Origin: a phage
Assembly: GCA_036930585.1 (NCBI GenBank)
Contig: GCA_036930585.1_3066.1
Length of the DNA stretch: 64,000 nt
Strand: one strand, 5' to 3'
A program made the position numbers and the translations under genes. Each line of letters opens with the position of its first letter. Position 1 is the first letter of the stretch. Positions 59,049 to 64,000 of the stretch are shown one piece after another. Under the pieces are notes generated by a model that saw only the letters and a program-made list of their open reading frames with translations, was not told the origin of the DNA and did no database searches.

Positions 59049-59569
59049 GTTGATCCCAGCTCCTTACTTTCAACGTTTTTAACTAATTTGACAGAAACTA
59101 ATTCAGCATCTTGGGTAATCATTACCGGGCCTTCTTCATACTCTTCAAGATATTCTAGAGCTTTCTTTTTAGCTTCTTCCTTTGTATCAGTTTGAGCATA
59201 GATATAAAACATGCAACCAGTAATACCTACTACTTTCCACTTAATTTCTTTATCAGTTTTAATTTCAAATTTACTGACAGAATCATCTTTTTGAACTTCT
59301 TCGAAAAAAGAATATTCTAACATATAAGCAATTGAAAATAACGGGCTAACTTTATAGGATTCACCCATTACATCAACAGCTTTATACCAACAATCATCAA
59401 TTTCGCGTTTAATGCTAATAACATTCTTTGCAGGGTCAATTTTTACTTTAAATGAATTTTCCCCAATAAACTGGGCGATTCGTTTATTAGCCCCGCAAGT
59501 TTCATTAAAAATATCTTTATACCCAGTTTTAAAGCGATAAACCTTATCTTCTTCAAACCATTCGCTCAT
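59042..59569 (-). CDS. hypothetical protein (cd.3 position)
   Basis: ORF track, 175 aa; RBS GAGGAA. Confidence 0.55.
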   Translation of the reverse strand: MSEWFEEDKVYRFKTGYKDIFNETCGANKRIAQFIGENSFKVKIDPAKNVISIKREIDDCWYKAVDVMGESYKVSPLFSIAYMLEYSFFEEVQKDDSVSKFEIKTDKEIKWKVVGITGCMFYIYAQTDTKEEAKKKALEYLEEYEEGPVMITQDAELVSVKLVKNVESKELGSTC

Positions 59570-59574
59570 TTCAA

Positions 59575-59631
59575 TTTCCTCATTTGTTTTGGTAGAGCTA
59601 TAATATCACAACTCTACCGTAAAGTAAACCA
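59575..59631 (-). promoter_or_regulatory. early-promoter stem-loop module (PeSL-like)
   Basis: gtaaac 59624-59629; inverted repeat ggtagag/ctctacc enclosing TGATATTAT. Confidence 0.45.
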
Positions 59632-59937
59632 TTAAATCGCTTTGAATTCCGCAGTTTGAGATTCAAAGCAAATGTCGCCTTTGATAACTAGCTCAGCATC
59701 AAGACCGAATACAACAATGATATGCGCGGAACCTGGATACAACGTAATGGCAATAGAATCCACCTGGTCTGGAAGCAAAGTGTTCAATACATGAGTCACT
59801 TGAGCGTGGATTCGAAGCTCAGCTGTGTTATCAAGTTTTTCAAACATATTATTAGCGATAATTTGGCTAAACACTACTTCTACGATTTTAGAGTAAGTCG
59901 GAAACATATTTACCTCACATAATTTTCTTCGAGCCAA
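59632..59937 (-). CDS. hypothetical protein (cd.4 position)
   Basis: ORF track, 101 aa. Confidence 0.5.
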   Translation of the reverse strand: MARRKLCEVNMFPTYSKIVEVVFSQIIANNMFEKLDNTAELRIHAQVTHVLNTLLPDQVDSIAITLYPGSAHIIVVFGLDAELVIKGDICFESQTAEFKAI

Positions 59938-60102
59938 TCAATAACATCCAAAGCGTTATCAAAAGTTGCGCCATCTACTTTGTCTTCTGTTTCATAATCA
60001 AGAACATCTAGGCCTACTCTTCCGTCAACAATAGGCCATAGACAAAATAGATATTTCTTTTCTTTTTCAATTTTATCACAAAGACGATAAATCTTTTCTA
60101 GG

Positions 60103-60110
<8 letters not shown>
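59910..60110 (-). CDS. hypothetical protein
   Basis: ORF track, 66 aa. Confidence 0.45.
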
Positions 60111-61500
<1,390 letters not shown>

Positions 61501-61504
<4 letters not shown>

Positions 61505-61731
61505 TTATTTTTCTCAACCAATGATTGAATATAATCATGCAGGTCTTTAGATGCTTTACCCCACTTATTTTGATATTCATTTTTAAGATTAGCACGTGAT
61601 TGAGCTAATAAAACATCATTAGTTGGAGGTAAAGATTCTAATCGCTGAATCTGGCGTCCATAAATCATTGCAGCCATCTCGGATTCATAAATCAATCCTT
61701 TGAGATGTTCAAATTGATGCCATGAAATCAT
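61501..61731 (-). CDS. hypothetical protein
   Basis: ORF track, 76 aa. Confidence 0.5.
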
Positions 61732-62027
61732 TTACATTTATCCTCTTTTAACTCTTGACGATAATAACATATCATAGTTTTCTGATCATGTACATATCGT
61801 TTTACATCATTAAGCCAAATACGAAATTCCTGGGAATCTTCGAATGGCATACCGACCCAAGCTTTACCATCAATAACTTTAACTTGCCAAGATAATTTAG
61901 CTTCGTCATATGACTTTATTTGTACAGGCCAATTAGGATGAACTGTTTCTTTCTTTACTTCTAGAGGCTTTGTCGAACAACCAACTAGAAGACCAATAGA
62001 TAATATTACTGCTGATAGTTTAATCAT
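61728..62027 (-). CDS. putative lipoprotein (99 aa)
   Basis: N-terminal signal with lipobox MIKLSAVILSIGLLVGCSTKP. Confidence 0.55.
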   Translation of the reverse strand: MIKLSAVILSIGLLVGCSTKPLEVKKETVHPNWPVQIKSYDEAKLSWQVKVIDGKAWVGMPFEDSQEFRIWLNDVKRYVHDQKTMICYYRQELKEDKCK

Positions 62028-62377
62028 TTAGAAAGGTCCTGGATGTCTTCTGCGAACTTGTTGAAGGAGTTGTTGATTTGTTTTTCAACCAATCCTGGCT
62101 TATGAGCCACCACATCCGCCTTCTTTGCATCTTTGCGCAGTTTTTCATTTTCACGCTCAATAGCAGCAATTGCCTCACGATTTTTATTATTCATCGCATC
62201 AATATAATTATACTGAATTCGCAAATTATTTAATGCTAAGGCGTTTTCATTGGCCGTTTTTGTAATTTCAGTAACTGATGTTTCTAATCTTTCTACCTTA
62301 TTTTTTAAAATAATAGATGTTCCGCCAAATGCTATTACAAGTAATAGCAATCCAGCTGTAAAATTACTTACATGCAT
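62024..62377 (-). CDS. membrane-anchored coiled-coil protein (117 aa)
   Basis: N-terminal hydrophobic helix LLLLVIAFGGTSIIL then charged helical region. Confidence 0.5.
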   Translation of the reverse strand: MHVSNFTAGLLLLVIAFGGTSIILKNKVERLETSVTEITKTANENALALNNLRIQYNYIDAMNNKNREAIAAIERENEKLRKDAKKADVVAHKPGLVEKQINNSFNKFAEDIQDLSK

Positions 62378-62874
62378 AAAGTTTTAATAACCTCTATAAT
62401 ATCGTCTTGAGAAAGACCGTTAATTAAAATATGATGTTCAGCCGGAGATTTAGAAATTTTAAAGCACGCCGCAACATCTTCTGCCATATCCGATGCGCTA
62501 CGATTTGGATTACTAATTCCAAGACGATGCTTTCCTGTCAAAGGATTAACGATGATATAGCATTTGCAGCTATTGATATGAACATTAGGTTGAGTCTGAT
62601 TAATAAACACTTCACAATCATACTTAGCGAGTTGATTTTCTAAAAAGACTTTCATCTCCTCAACCGCATCAGGAAGCATATCACGGGCTTGCTCAAGACG
62701 ACGATTTCGATATTCTTTAATGGTTGTTTTCCGCTTTACTTGCTTAGCTAAATCTTTCTTAAGATCGGTGATATATCCAACTCGACGATTTCCTTTGAAT
62801 ACAGAAATCCCATCTGTAGTATCACCGTATGCTTCAACGACCATTTCAGTAGTAATGAGCTGCAAATCCATCAT
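62368..62874 (-). CDS. alc: Alc, inhibitor of host transcription; track ORF starts 4 codons upstream at 62886
   Basis: Position immediately downstream of rnlA as in T4; about 167-168 aa from MMDLQLITTEMVVEAYGDTTDG with GAGGGA RBS. Confidence 0.7.
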   Translation of the reverse strand: MMDLQLITTEMVVEAYGDTTDGISVFKGNRRVGYITDLKKDLAKQVKRKTTIKEYRNRRLEQARDMLPDAVEEMKVFLENQLAKYDCEVFINQTQPNVHINSCKCYIIVNPLTGKHRLGISNPNRSASDMAEDVAACFKISKSPAEHHILINGLSQDDIIEVIKTLCM

Positions 62875-62880
62875 AAAGTC

Positions 62881-62933
62881 CCTCATGTTATGTCAGTAAG
62901 ACTACTATAACACAACACGAGGGACTTGTAAAC
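62881..62933 (-). promoter_or_regulatory. early promoter within stem-loop; second copy of the 53-bp element at 48833-48885
   Basis: identical run cctcatgttatgtcagtaagactactataacacaacacgagggacttgtaaac in both places. Confidence 0.5.
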
Positions 62934-62936
62934 AAC

Positions 62937-64000
<1,064 letters not shown>

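Overview
This window is a roughly 64-kb segment of a T4-like (Tevenvirinae) myovirus genome, colinear with the phage T4 map. Calls rest on ORF length, order and motifs read directly from the translations and compared with T4 proteins from memory; no database search was run. Minus strand at the left: an internal-protein (IP)-like cassette region, then 57B, 57A, 1 (dNMP kinase), 3, 2, 4. Plus strand in the middle: the late structural module 53, 5, a GIY-YIG homing endonuclease, 5.4, 6-12, wac, 13-15, terminase 16/17, 18, 19, portal 20, 67, 68, 21, 22, 23, 24. Then rnlB, a shortened hoc, inh, uvsW, uvsY, baseplate hub genes 25, 26, 51, 27, 28, 29, 48, 54, and a minus-strand early block: alt with a decayed alt 5' duplicate, DNA ligase 30, the 30.x ORFs, rIII, 31, cd, pseT, alc and the 5'-truncated rnlA. 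It is not T4 itself: hoc is 130 aa, genes 23/24 and inh/uvsW abut with no room for a seg gene, and several ORF lengths differ from what I recall for T4 (gp12, wac, gp10). No tRNA, rRNA or CRISPR was found. The most interesting signals are a cassette locus with three tandem early-promoter stem-loops driving small proteins that carry capsid-targeting-like N-termini (candidate injected anti-defence proteins), further copies of the same promoter stem-loop module elsewhere, a GIY-YIG endonuclease behind a late promoter, the shortened Hoc, and the decayed alt duplication.
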